From Octopus vulgaris (Eukaryota), in the NCBI GenBank assembly GCA_951406725.2, contig OX597831.1:11284001-11348000 (forward strand): a DNA stretch of 64,000 bases, given 5' to 3'. A program made the translations under genes and the position numbers. How positions within the stretch are numbered: the stretch's first letter is position 1; each line of letters starts with the position of its first letter. Shown here piece by piece: positions 29,904 to 43,833 of this stretch. The notes under the pieces are model-generated. The model worked only from the letters and a program-made list of their open reading frames with translations. It was not told where the DNA came from and searched no databases.

Positions 29904-30226
29904 GTGAAGGCACGTGGCTTAATGGTTAGGGCATTCGGCTTACTATCGTAAGAACGTGAGTTCAGTTTCCGGCGACACGTTGCATCCTTGAGCAAGAGAC
30001 TCTATTTCACGTTGCTCCAGTGCACTCAGCTGGCAAAAATGAGTAGTACCTGTATTTCAAAGGGCCAGCATTGTCACATTCTGTGTCACGCTGAATCTCC
30101 CTGAGAAATACATTAAGGGTACACGTGTCTGTGGAGTGCTCAGCCACTTGCTCATTAATTTCACGTGCAAGTGTGTTCCGTTGTGCGTATCAGCTGCGAA
30201 CCTCGTCGTCGTCACCGACGGAATGC
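29904..30226 (+). mobile_element. tRNA-derived CORE-like SINE (family A)
   Basis: A box TGGCTTAATGG, B box GAGTTCAGTTTCC and a CORE-like TCCTTGAGCAAGAGACT...AAAAATGAGTA segment. Homologous to the 40706 and 48024 copies. Confidence 0.85.
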
Positions 30227-30489
30227 TCTTTATAATAAAATAAATATATGCAAATTATAAAGAATAATAAAAAAAATCTGCAGTACAATATTGTTTCTAT
30301 TTCGCGTATTTTCGCCTATCATGGGTCGGTTTGGAACGTAACAGCCGCGATAGTCGAGGGATCACTGTATGTATATAGATTTGGGTCCAGAAAACTTATT
30401 TTCTTTGTATTCAACCCAGATTACTTAATAATGTTTGAAATACTAAACGTTGCTTTCATTATAGCGTTATGATATAGATAGATAGATAA

Positions 30490-30622
<133 letters not shown>

Positions 30623-30639
30623 CATACATACGTATGTAT

Positions 30640-30683
<44 letters not shown>

Positions 30684-31730
30684 GTATATACAAGCGCCCG
30701 TTACAGTTGTAGGCTGACAATCAGTCAGCCATCTTCAATCCAAGCACCAGGTTGTCGTGACGTAATCTACGTTAAGAACAACCTAATCAGTGTTATGAAA
30801 CCAACCAATCAAATTTCACCGAATAACTTATGTTAGAAGCTTCCTTCTTTTTCTTTTTCTTTTTCTTTTTGTTTTCCTAATATTTCCCTGCGTTTACTTA
30901 TGTTTTTTTTATGTTATTTTCGCCTCTTTCTATAAATATTTAAGTCCATTGGGTTTTTAATCTTTCCGTATATCTCTTTCAAGCCTTTCATTCATTTCAG
31001 TCATCGGACTGCGGCCATGCTGGAGTAGCGACTCCAACGGTCGAGACGATTGAATTGATCACGATATTTATGTTTTTTAATTTTTGATTTGGTACTTTTC
31101 CAAGAGTATCGTTATTTACTTTATTATTTATATACTTATTCATTTAATTTTTCCCAATGGTTAAGAGACGAGGACGTAAACAAACCAACACATGTGATGG
31201 CGTAGCATGGATTTTTACCGCTTAGTTGGAGAGACTCCTCCCTGAAAGATGACACATTACCGACTACAACACACACACACACACATACACACACATACAC
31301 ACACACACACATACACACACATACTATCTATCTATCAATCTCTCTCTCTGTAAATATTCACACATACATACATACATACATATATACATACATACATACA
31401 CACACACATAACATACATACACACATACATACACACACATACATACATACATACATAATATTTAAATATAATCTAACGCAGAACAATAAGGCCAGGAGCA
31501 AAGATGGCGTTGGTTTTTATCGTCTTGTTCCTCAGACGCAAGCGATTCTGTCACTAACCGCCATGTTCATATTATACAGACAGAACCTATCCAGTTCATA
31601 TTCTATGGTTTTGTAGTCGCTTAGTATCAGGTCAGTCATGATGCGGCTGACGTATGATCAAAGACCTTTCACTTGTCGCCATTTCGTGTGTTATTCACGC
31701 ATAGACTATTAAGTCCCTTGTTCGATGTAT

Positions 31731-32103
31731 TACTCTTTTACTTGTTTCAGTCATTTAGTCGAGCAAATCGACCCCACGACTTATTCTCTGTAAGCCTAGT
31801 ACTTATTCTATCGGTTTCTTTTGCCGAACCGCTAAGTTACGGGAACGTAAACACACCAGCATCGGTTGTCAAGCGATGGTGGGGGGACAAACACAGACAC
31901 AAACACACAAACATACATATATATATATACATATATATACTACGGGCTTCTTTCAGTTTCCGTCTACCAAATCCACTGACAATGCTTTGGTCGGCCCGAG
32001 GCTGCAGTAGAAGACACTTGCCCAAGGTGCCGCGGTGTGGGACTGAACCCGGAACCATGTGGTTGGTAAGCAAGCTACTTACCACACAGCCACTCCTGCG
32101 CCT
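31731..32103 (-). mobile_element. tRNA-derived CORE-like SINE with internal microsatellite (family C)
   Basis: The head is GGCGCAGGAGTGGCTGTGTGGTAAG...GGTTCAGTCCC, followed by a CORE-like GGCACCTTGGGCAAGTGTCTT, an internal (TA)/(TG) tract and a tail ending TGACTGAAACAAGTAAAAGAG. Confidence 0.85.
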
Positions 32104-32470
32104 ATGTATTTTTTTTCAAGACAACTGCTATCGTTCACAGAATGACTAAGGATATTTGAGGGTTGTTCAACACAGAGAAATATAACAAAGAAGGAAATAC
32201 AAAAAAGATGTCTGACATATATAACGAGTGAATAAGGAGCAAAAGTCAACTTAAATACGTTCTGCAAGAAATAAGAGAGAAAATGACGTTGATGTAACAA
32301 TCAGGAAGTGCATGATTCATTTTAAACAGGGAACGAGGGACAAAGCAGAAAGAGAAAACTTAAAGCAAATATAACAGGGGTAAATGCAAGCGCTAATTGT
32401 AAATGAGATAAAAGCGCCATTTTGTTTTTAAAGACAGAACGAACAACGATAATGAAGTTTTAAAGTTTTT

Positions 32471-32476
32471 TTTATT
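32471..32476 (-). terminator. Candidate distal polyadenylation signal for Tlx
   Basis: AATAAA on the minus strand followed ~25 nt later by a GU-rich CGTTGTTCGTTCTGTC. A nearer AATAAA is at 35473-35468. In AT-rich DNA this is weak evidence. Confidence 0.2.
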
Positions 32477-32600
32477 TGAAACTTTACTAACAAATGTTTA
32501 CAGAACAAAACGTTTGCAACAAGACTCGGTTTATTATTTTATTAGTATTTATCTACCATGCATCAATCGTTATTTAAATATATACACGTTATATACACGC

Positions 32601-32710
<110 letters not shown>

Positions 32711-32718
32711 TACATACA

Positions 32719-32777
<59 letters not shown>

Positions 32778-33413
32778 CAGAGAGCGATTGAGAGGGGAGA
32801 GAGAGAGAAAGTGAAGGTTAAGAATGAAGAGAGGGGAGTGAGGCTGTTGTTCCAATTGTTTAGCAACACATCAGTACTTGTCCAAGAGATCTATGATCAA
32901 AAGCGTTCCAGACGCGACCGTTCCGTTTTTATATTCCAAATATAAGTGTTATCCAGGATTTATATTTCATCATTGTACTTGTCCCTCCATGTATTTGTTG
33001 TTTTTTTTTTGTTTGTGTATTGTTTACTGTTTTGTATTACTCCTTTGACACGGTAGTATATAATTTCCGTAGATTTGACTGCTATTTCAAGCAAAATTGT
33101 TTGACCACGAAGAGACTTCCTCGTTGACTTATGAAGAATAAGTGGAGGAATGAATGATTTTTCGTGGATTTCGTTCTGTATAATCAGTTTCAGAGTTCGT
33201 ATCACTTAGTAGCTTCCATTCACAATAGTCCGGTTAGAATAATTACAGTTGTGGCGATTGCTTGTTTTGGGTTGTTTGTGTAGAATTTTCACAAAATTAA
33301 TACAAAAAAAAAAAAAAATAATAATAATAATAAAGGAAATTGCAATACGGAGATGACTTTTGGAAAAAATACTGACTTATAATATTTTTACAAAAGAAAT
33401 GCTTGTGTTTGTG

Positions 33414-33492
<79 letters not shown>

Positions 33493-34275
33493 CATTATCA
33501 TCATCATCGTCTCATCATCATCAGCATGAATTATCATTGTTTATACTTTATTTTACAGACGTCTTCCCCAGCGGGATACATCCTTCATCAGCTCTCAAAT
33601 GGAGATCACAACGGTTTCGGCAGCTGCGACAGTACCACTCTCTTAAGAGGTGCCGAGCAGCATGAATTATAAAAAAAAATGTCCGAGTTTCATTTCATTT
33701 TATTTATTTATTTTTTATATATATTTTGATTCTTACTAAAATATGTACACGTGTATATGTATGTATAAGCGTGTGTGTGTATAGGTGTACACATCCATGA
33801 AAACGTGATGTATGTCACTTTTTAAGCACGCAATTGTCTGTATATTATTGTGTTGGGCTAACATTGCAGCTGATCGCGTTCGTTAGTCCCAGGTCATCCA
33901 TTATTCAACAGATTTACGACAGGTACTCTAGTCACAATAATCTTGCTTTTCTGTACTATTACGACGTGATTTAAGAGGGACATATAGCTATTATTTCTAA
34001 CGGCAGTTGGGGCGTCACTCAGGGCCTTACATTTGATTCATATTTCAGGTAGAGTATGTTTCTTGCTTTCTTTTTCTACATATTTTATGTGACCATCCAC
34101 ATTGACAATTAAAATGGCCAACATTGTAATTTAGCATTGAAACGTTTCAACTTATACACACAAACATGCACACATACACACGTGTATATATACATACATA
34201 TAGATATATGTATATGTGTATATGTATATATATACATGTACATAGAAAACACACACACGCACATATATATATATA

Positions 34276-34309
<34 letters not shown>

Positions 34310-34548
34310 CATGCATACATATATATATATTCATACATATATATATATATAATCGTAATAGATGAACTAATAACAATAAGTGTCTTCATTCTAGTTTCCA
34401 TCGTACCATTTTCCTTTGTCTCTCTCTCTCTCTCTTTCCCTCTCTCTCTCTCTCTTTCCCTCTCTCTCACTCGCGTAAAACATACCCACATACAGACGCA
34501 TATACACATATATATGACTAAATATATACATATATATATTTATATATG

Positions 34549-34604
<56 letters not shown>

Positions 34605-34663
34605 TGTATATATATGTATATATATAAACGAGTATATATATATTTGATATATACATACATATG

Positions 34664-34729
<66 letters not shown>

Positions 34730-35003
34730 GTGTGAGCGTCTGTATGTATATCATGGTAATTATATATAAAATCTCAGTGTCTCTCACTCACGCACACTTA
34801 GAATTCTTTACCATTTTGTTCTCAACGTTATGTTTTTTTATCCAATTTATATATTTTATAGTTACACATTATATTCATTTTTTGTTTTTACATCCGTCTT
34901 GGACCATTGAATGGCATGGCAATGATTCTAGGATATCTGCAGGATTCCGTCTGACTCTTACTTAACCATTTTCGCCCTCTTTTTACAATGCATTACATAT
35001 ACA

Positions 35004-35077
<74 letters not shown>

Positions 35078-35087
35078 CATATGTACG

Positions 35088-35120
<33 letters not shown>

Positions 35121-35314
35121 ATGTATATATGTATGTATGACTGTATGTGTGTGCATGTATATGAATGTATACACACACACGCACATATACGTTTGTGTGT
35201 GTATACGCAGACAAACACACATATGTATGCATGTATATTCATATAAGCCTTGCATCTGTGTATGTACGTATATACATATATAGATATACATACATACATA
35301 CATACATACATACA

Positions 35315-35348
<34 letters not shown>

Positions 35349-36142
35349 CATGTACGTATCTGTTGAAATGTGCTATATAATGGAGTATATATAATTGTAT
35401 AGGCGTGTTATATATATGTGTGTAGGCTTGGTTGACATATATTTAGTACATAAGATAATGAAAGGCATTTATTCCGGTGTGGTCTTGTATATACGATTGA
35501 ATATTACTTATATACACACACCTATGAATATATATTCCACACACACACACATATATATATATGTATTTCTGTCTGTCAAATAGGGTATGAGTGTGTATAT
35601 GTGACGGAGGTGGATTTGTGCACTTTACTAATTGACGTGGGCCGTCTGTGCCTACAAAACTCTATTTTATACACATATACACTCATGTATGTATATACAT
35701 ACACATATATATACGTATATACACATATATACATATATATGCGTATATATATATATGTACATGTATATATATATACTTATATACACACACATATATAATC
35801 ACTTATATAGATATGTATATATATATATATATATACGTACATAATATATACATATATACACACACATACATATAAACATAAATATATGTATATACATGCA
35901 TACGTATATATATTTACATTGTTTACAATTATGAGGGTACATATATATACATGTCTATATAATATGCCTACGCACATATATTTACATAGATATGTAAATA
36001 ACTATGCGTATATTGTTAAACGAATATATATACATATATCATATACATACACACACACACATATATATATATATACATGCATTTATATATATGTATGCAT
36101 ATATATATAAATATTTATACATGCATTTATATATATGTATGC

Positions 36143-36191
<49 letters not shown>

Positions 36192-36345
36192 CACACACAT
36201 ACATATATATATGTATGAATGTATCACAAATTTACATTGTGTGTTCAGACCGATTTTGCTGGCGTATATATCCTATACTTCTCCAGCTTACACTGTACAT
36301 TATTCCGATATGTTCAAGTGATTTGCGCCGCCTACTGCCGCGAGA

Positions 36346-36556
36346 CTAGCTCGCTGCAGCTTGCAGGCTGTTCTCTCTATTGCGATCCCCTTCTTCAGTC
36401 CAGGGTTGCAGATTCTGCAGAGCATGTAGGGAAGAGTTTGCCATGCACAAAGGATCCCTTGTATCATAGATTGTCTTTGATGCCTCAGCTTGGAGGGACA
36501 TGAGGAATCGGTTGGCTGCTTGGCGTTCGGCTTCTCTTTCTTCCGCCGTCTGACGT
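36346..36556 (-). CDS. Tlx: Tlx terminal coding exon
   Basis: The acceptor ttttatatttgcag|A completes the split Arg codon (AG+A). It encodes [69 protein letters not shown] (TAG at 36348-36346). [12 protein letters not shown] and [16 protein letters not shown] match the TLX1/2/3 C-terminal motifs. Confidence 0.96.
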
Positions 36557-37015
36557 CTGCAAATATAAAAGAGCGGGAAAGCGTCAATGATAAATGAATA
36601 CAGAATTACTTGCAAACATATTATTTACATACATATATACATGCATGCATACATAAAAACATACAGGTTTATACCTGTAATTACTGGGGGTCTGGGATGT
36701 GTAACACACTGCCTAAATATTAATCTTGAGAAATCAGGCTTCTCAAAACACCTATACAACCCCCCACACATACACACACATGTATGTATGTACGTATGTA
36801 TGCATAAATATTCTTTTATTCCTTAACTTGTTTCAGTCATTTGACTGCGACCATGCTGGAGCATATCCTTTAATCGAACATCTCGTCCCCAGGACTTATT
36901 CTTTGTAAGCCTGGTACTTATTCTATCGGTCTCTTTTGCCGAACCGCTAATGATACGGGGACATAAACACACCAGCATTGGTTGTCAAGTAATTGTTGGG
37001 GGAAAAACACAGGCG

Positions 37016-37049
<34 letters not shown>

Positions 37050-37254
37050 CATATATATACTTCGAGGTAATGTTTCTATCCTCCGCTCAAACGAATCAGC
37101 TACTTCTACACTTTGTACAGCTCTTCTCACATTACTACCAATACAACTACCACCACCACCATCACTACCATCACTACGACGACGACCACCACCACTAACA
37201 ACAACACCAACACCATAGCTTCCGTTTTGTTACGTAACAAACACGTTGGCTTAC
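36557..37254 (-). other. Tlx intron (698 bp, phase 2, within homeodomain codon 57)
   Basis: GTAAG...TTTGCAG boundaries restore the reading frame. The intron contains LINE and SINE fragments and (CA)n/(CAC)n tracts. Confidence 0.93.
36656..36752 (+). mobile_element. RLE-type LINE fragment inside the Tlx intron
   Basis: YRFIPVITGGLGCVTHCLNINLEKSGFSK resembles the IPV.IGALG motif. Confidence 0.55.
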
Positions 37255-37471
37255 CTCCATTTTGTCCTTCTGTTCTGAAACCATGTTTTGACTTGAGCGT
37301 CGGTCATTTTGAGGGCCTTGGCCAATGCCGAGCGCTCGGCCGACGCCAAGTACTTTTGGCGATGGAAACGTTTCTCCAGCTCCATTATTTGTGAACGCGA
37401 GAAAGAAGTTCGTGGTTTTTTCCTCTTCGGAGGTGTCCTGTTTTGGTATGGATGCCCGATCCGTCTCACAA
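37255..37471 (-). CDS. Tlx: Tlx/Hox11 (T-cell leukemia homeobox, C15-like) homeobox exon
   Basis: Translates to [71 protein letters not shown](R). It contains the Tlx-diagnostic [10 protein letters not shown] and Thr47 (VKTWFQN). The acceptor is ttttttccag (AG at 37473-37472) after a polypyrimidine tract, and the donor is AG|gtaagc at 37254. Length 217 bp, phase 1 in, phase 2 out. Confidence 0.97.
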
Positions 37472-37619
37472 CTGGAAAAAAAAAGAAAAGAAAATACAAA
37501 CATTAGGAAATTGAATACTAATGACGATGACGACGATGACAATGGTGATGATGATGATGATGACAACGATGATGATGATGATGAAAGTAACAACAAAAAC
37601 AACAACGATAATAATCTTT

Positions 37620-37810
37620 TCTGCTGGAGGTATAAGGCCTCAACTTTTGGGTGGGGAGGGGACCAGTCAACTAGTACTTATTTTATCGACCTCAAGATGA
37701 TGAAGGGCTATGTCGACCTCGGCAAAATTTGAGGCTCAGCACGTAAACATGAACGAAATACCACAAAAGCATTTTGTTCGGCATGTTATTAATTCTACCA
37801 GCTCGCTGCT
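37620..37810 (-). mobile_element. SINE family B copy ~150 bp upstream of the homeobox exon acceptor
   Basis: Its reverse complement matches 62891-63093. Confidence 0.75.
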
Positions 37811-37895
<85 letters not shown>

Positions 37896-37904
37896 TAATA
37901 ATCG

Positions 37905-38260
37905 TCGGTTCCCTTCTTGATCATTCCTAGACCGTAGGAGCACTAGGAATGATCAAGAAGGGAACCGAAAATTATAGGAGAATGATCCCTGGCTTACCAT
38001 CCCTGCAAGAAGTGCAAAAGATTGTCTTAACTGGTACATCACACGTATTGAGAAGAGCATTGTCGATGTGAGAACTATTACTACCCATGTATTTTCATTT
38101 AACTTTATTTCTATCAAAAAAAAAAAAAAGAACGAACTAGTGAGTTTAGTTTAATGGCCTACCAATGTATACTATGAGTTTCTTTGCCCTAGGAGTCGGG
38201 AAGACACTCGGCAAGAAATGGAAGCAAATTTGAAAGAAGAAGAAGAAGAAGAAGAAGAAT
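37905..38260 (+). mobile_element. R4/Dong-like LINE 3' fragment with foldback 5' junction
   Basis: VGALGMIKKGTENYRRMIPGLPSLQEVQKIVLTGTSHVLRRALSM*, then a 3' UTR and a (GAA)n tail. It is preceded by (TAA)n at 37812-37900. Confidence 0.8.
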
Positions 38261-38484
38261 CGTCATCTTTCATCTTTCTTTAGAATTATTTAATAAGGCC
38301 ATGTTTTTCCTTCCAACTGTTCTATGTGGCACATGGAACCGCTCTCCATGCTTTGGCAAGTTAGTTCATTCGGGTTAGGAGGTATTGTCCTTTAGAACGC
38401 AAAAAATTATACATTTACGAGATCCAAATATATGCTACTTTGGAGACACACATATATATACATATATATATCATACGCACATGC

Positions 38485-38567
<83 letters not shown>

Positions 38568-38628
38568 CAGATAGACGGACAGACGGACAGACGGACAGAC
38601 AGACAGATAGACAGACAGACAGATAGAC

Positions 38629-38686
<58 letters not shown>

Positions 38687-39047
38687 GGAGAGAGATATAG
38701 ATACATAGATAGGGAGAGAGAGAGAGAGACTAAGAGGGAGAGAGAGAGACTAGGAGGGAAAACATTATTTATTTATCTAATAATTTATTTATTTTCGCCA
38801 TCATGCATCGGTCTGAGACTGTTCTCGATGTTGTCACTAAACTACGTCTGGCATTCTTTATTCCTTGCCTGCCATGGCTACATCGGCTACACTTTCTAAA
38901 TGTATCTCGATACATAAATATTACACCAAGAAAAGCACACAAAAAAAAAGGGAAAACAGAAAATGATGAAAAACTCAAATAAACACTTCGACTTGTGTAT
39001 ATTTGTCATAGATGGAATTTTATATTCGTTTATGTGTGTGTATGTAC

Positions 39048-39089
<42 letters not shown>

Positions 39090-39389
39090 ATATACACAAA
39101 TATATATATGAGTGTATGTATATATATACTCAAATATATATATATGAGTGTATGTATATATATGAGTGTATGTATATATATATATACAAATATATGTGTG
39201 TGTGTGTGTGTAAGTATATATACGCGTGGTGTGTGTTTGTGCATGTGTGTGTGTGTGTTTGTATATGCATAGAGAAAGAATCAAATATTATATATAGAAA
39301 GAGATGTATATATGTGTATATGTTACATATACATATATTTATATATATATACACACACACATACATACATTCATACATACACGCATACA

Positions 39390-39420
<31 letters not shown>

Positions 39421-40311
39421 TCATGTACACCTATGCACCTTATACAGACACACATATATTCCTATAGATAATTGTAAGGTGCATAATTCTATATGTATAC
39501 ATAAATGCAAACACATGCATGCACACATATACACACACAGACGCGCACACACTTTTATACACACCGATATTAGTGTTTATTAATGAACGAGAAGTCTATC
39601 TAAATGGGAAATCTGTGCCCTTCACAAAATGTCGCTGTTTCATGAAGCATCCACTAAAGCACGGATTACACCATCAATTCGTTGAAGAGGTGAATACACA
39701 AATATTTAACCGTAACATTGATGCTTTCTCACTTTTCCATTCTATAACACTTTTGCCTTTCTCTGTTATAAAGTGAAACCGTTCCAGTAACTGATTATAT
39801 CATTTAACAAAGCACTCATTCGCACTTTCATACCTGAAACTCGTTAACCTTCCATTAATTCTACCGCTTGATTATAGCGTTAACTGCATTAATTATGTCA
39901 TACTTCATAATAACTTTATTGTAACTTTTATTTTGGAAACAATCTATGGAAATTGAATCACCTGAGACTGTTTATCGGATTTCGATGCATAAAAAATGCA
40001 GGTGAACAAGTCCGTTACGTGGAATGAGTAGGTGTTAGGTGGGGTAAGGTGGTGACGACGGTGTTGAAAAGGAATGGTCAGAGACCAGGACAGGTATGGG
40101 GAATGGTGAAGCTTCCGAGTTGGATATTTGAAGACAGAGAGAGAGAGAGAAGGGGTCAGGGAGAGACAGACAGACAGATCTTTTATGGACCATGTGTGTG
40201 TGAGTGTACATATATATATATACTTAAATATAAGAGAGTTACCGCTAAGTGATTATGAATATATATATATATATATACAGAGAGAGAGAGAGAGATGTAT
40301 GTACTGGTAAG

Positions 40312-40476
<165 letters not shown>

Positions 40477-40705
40477 TATACACCTATATTATTATATATA
40501 TATATATATATCTTCTCTTATCTTTTATCTTTTCTTTTCCATTCATGAGACTGCATCCATCCTGGGGCTCAGCCACGAAGAGATTTAGTTGCATGAATTG
40601 AAACCCCCACTCTCGACCCCAGTACTTATCTTTAAAAATATCCTTATACATGCATACACACACAGACACACACATACATACATACACACACACACGTGTG
40701 TGTGG

Positions 40706-41018
40706 GTGAAGGCGTGGGGCTTAGTGGTTAGCGAATTCGGCTGACGATCGTAAGGTCGTGAGTTTGATTCTCAGTAGCGTGTTGTGTCCTTGAGCAAGAC
40801 ACTTTATTTCATGTTGCTTCAGTCCACTCTGCTGGTAAAAATGAGTTGTACCTGTATTTCAAAGGGCTGGCCTTGTTACACTTTGTGTCACGCTGAGAAG
40901 TACGTTATGGGTATGCGTGTCTGTGGAGTACTCAGCCACTTGCACGTTAATTTCATGAGCAGGCTGTTTGTGTGATCGAATCAACTAGAACCCTCGTCGT
41001 CGTAACAGACGAGGCGCC
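40706..41018 (+). mobile_element. SINE family A copy
   Basis: Colinear with 29904-30226. Confidence 0.85.
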
Positions 41019-41861
41019 AATATATATAGATTTTTAAAGGAAACCGTAACCGAGAATTAGTCAAGGGGCATGATCAGCCGAAGTCACGAAGCGAACCCTC
41101 AGTTCTAGTTTCAATTATATATACATATAAAAGAAACCCATCCTCTACAACATTTATTGAGCATTTCTTTCTCATTCGTCCAACAAAATCTCTCTCACTC
41201 CCCCTCCTTTCTCTCTCTTTCTCTCCCCCTGTACCCACACATACACAAACACACACACATACATATATACACACACTCACACATACATTTACATACAACC
41301 TATGAAGTGTAGTAAACCGTGCTAAATATATTTCTACATTATTTCATAAAATTTATAGAAAGTGTTCAATATCAGGTGGTTCTTCGAAGCCTCTCGTCAC
41401 CTCATCAGCACATTTCAACGCCGTAATGGAGTTTACTTACCAGAGCGAATCTTTTATGGTCAATCCAAATTGTGAAATGGCGACAGAGTGACCAGCGGAG
41501 GAGGAGTGGAAATCAAAGTCAGAGGTGCGATATTAGATTTCTATCGTTCTGATTGGTATGAAGAATTTTGTGGTTTTAGGGAAAAATCTGATAGCTATGC
41601 AACATTAAAAAGCTGTATATACGTTTATGCCTATACGTTGAAAAATGTAAATTGGTATATACAGATATATATATATCTATATATATATAGATAGATATAG
41701 ATATAGATATATATACATACATGCGTACATATCCACATACATGCCTATATACATACATATTCTGATTATAATTCATAATTCAATGGATATTGCAACTGTT
41801 TGACAAATGTGTCCTGTGAAATGCGCGCACATACACACACACACTCTCTCTCTCTCTCAAA

Positions 41862-41910
<49 letters not shown>

Positions 41911-42159
41911 GTAAGCAAAAATATTTGTGTATAAATATATGTGTGTGTGTGTAAATTAAATATATGCATGTATATATATATATGTATATAAATATACATA
42001 TATGTAAACATACGCACACACACCTGCAGTTTAATGTATGCACATGTGTGTGCATATATGTAAGTGAATGTATTTTCATATATACGCATATCTTGTAGTA
42101 TACATATATACAAAAAGATAACACACACACACACACATATATATATATAGTAATATTTA

Positions 42160-42208
<49 letters not shown>

Positions 42209-42869
42209 GTATTTATGTATATAGACGTACAATTATACACACACACACACACATACACACACGAACTCACCTCGTTCTGTGTTTATATATTACATTCGAA
42301 TTTTGTTTGTGAGAAAAATCCAATCCATCACCCGCCAAATCAGTTTATCCCTCAACAGAAATCGTTCGTTCTACTCCAAATATATGCGTGTTTGTAATGC
42401 GAGTCGTACAAATTTGTTGATGAGACTTGCAAGTGTTCAGTCAATATGCCGCCATTGTTGGAACAGATATCTTTATATTGATCTCTTATTGGTGTTATTA
42501 TGTATTTATCTGTTTTGGTTTTGTGGGGGTTTTTTTTGTGTGTGTTTTGTTTGTAGTTTATAATTTCACTTGTCTATTATTGTTTGCGCTGCGATATATG
42601 GATTTTGATAATTGCGTGGCCCAGTGGCGAGTGTTGTTCATTTGAATGTACGTATATTTAAACATAGAGAGGAATGTGGGCGTATGTGTGACCGTGTATG
42701 TGTGAAGGGTTGTATGTGCAATCGTGTATCTGTGTTCGTGCGAGGGTGTGGATAACTGTGTGTGTGCAAGGGTGTGGATATCTGAATTGATATGCAAGCT
42801 TATATGAATGTATGTATATGTAAATATATGTGAGCGTGTAATTTAATGTACACGACTAGATACCTACAT

Positions 42870-42931
<62 letters not shown>

Positions 42932-43522
42932 TCACACACACACACACATACATACATACATACATACATACATACATACATACATACATACATACATACA
43001 TACATACATCTTGTTTTCCTGTATGTTACTTTACATATTGTTCGTCAAATAATTACTTGGCCTGTTTCTCCGATCTATGTCCCAATATATATACATGCAT
43101 ATATACGCATAAATAAGCATAGATTTCTGTTCATACACAATTGTCCGACTATACATACATACATATATACATACATATATATATATATATGTATACATAC
43201 GTTATACACGTTGTATATATACACCATATACATCATTCATATAACTATATATACATTATATATGTGTGTGTGTGTGTGTCTGTCTGTCTGTTGAATCATC
43301 AGAAGCGATAAATTATAGGTCTGAATATAAATGTAGAGTATGCTTTGACACATTACAAGTGAAGGCCTCCAATTTCCAATACTCAGAGTTGCTCGTTTCC
43401 CATCATCTGCTGGTAAAACGAGCGTGGATTTCTTTTCAGTATACACTATCTGAATATTTTTTTAATTATAAAATGAAGGCTTGAAAGGAAACTCATATCG
43501 CTATGGATACAAATACATATGA

Positions 43523-43595
<73 letters not shown>

Positions 43596-43683
43596 TAATC
43601 CAAACAAGAAAACACAGAAAAAACAACACAGCAACGCGAGGACGTGGAACAATTAAAGTATTATTTGACGCTAAAGGCAAGAA

Positions 43684-43833
43684 GCTACTGAGGTTCACAA
43701 AGAGATATGTGAAATTTAAGGTGTTAATTGCTTAACAGAATGCACATATCAGAAATGGCTTTAAAAATTCCGTTCTGAGGACTTTTCACTCAAAGATGAC
43801 CAACGTTCTGGTCGACCTACTGAAATTGATGAG
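43684..43833 (+). mobile_element. Mariner transposase N-terminal (HTH) pseudogene fragment
   Basis: ATEVHKEICEI*GVNCLTECTYQKWL*KFRSEDFSLKDDQRSGRPTEIDE matches the mariner W..KFRSGDF.L.D..RSGRP motif and contains in-frame stops. Confidence 0.85.

Larger units (their letters stand above)
29146..30367. mobile_element. Non-autonomous pogo/Tigger-like (Tc1/mariner superfamily) element with nested insertions
   Basis: The TIRs are CAGTAATCACTCGCCATATCGCGG and (reverse complement) CAGTGATCCCTCGACTATCGCGG. TA target duplications are at 29144-29145 and 30368-30369. Confidence 0.8.

Noticed and set aside
41375-41415. Minus-strand CTGATGA...TTCGAAG hammerhead-like string
   Set aside because: It has GAAG instead of GAAA, a poor stem II and no cleavage triplet.
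41431-41560. Perfect minus-strand donor (CTG|GTAAGT at 41440) as the end of Tlx exon 1
   Set aside because: The phase-1 frame needed to join the homeobox exon has a TAA five codons upstream and no Tlx motif.
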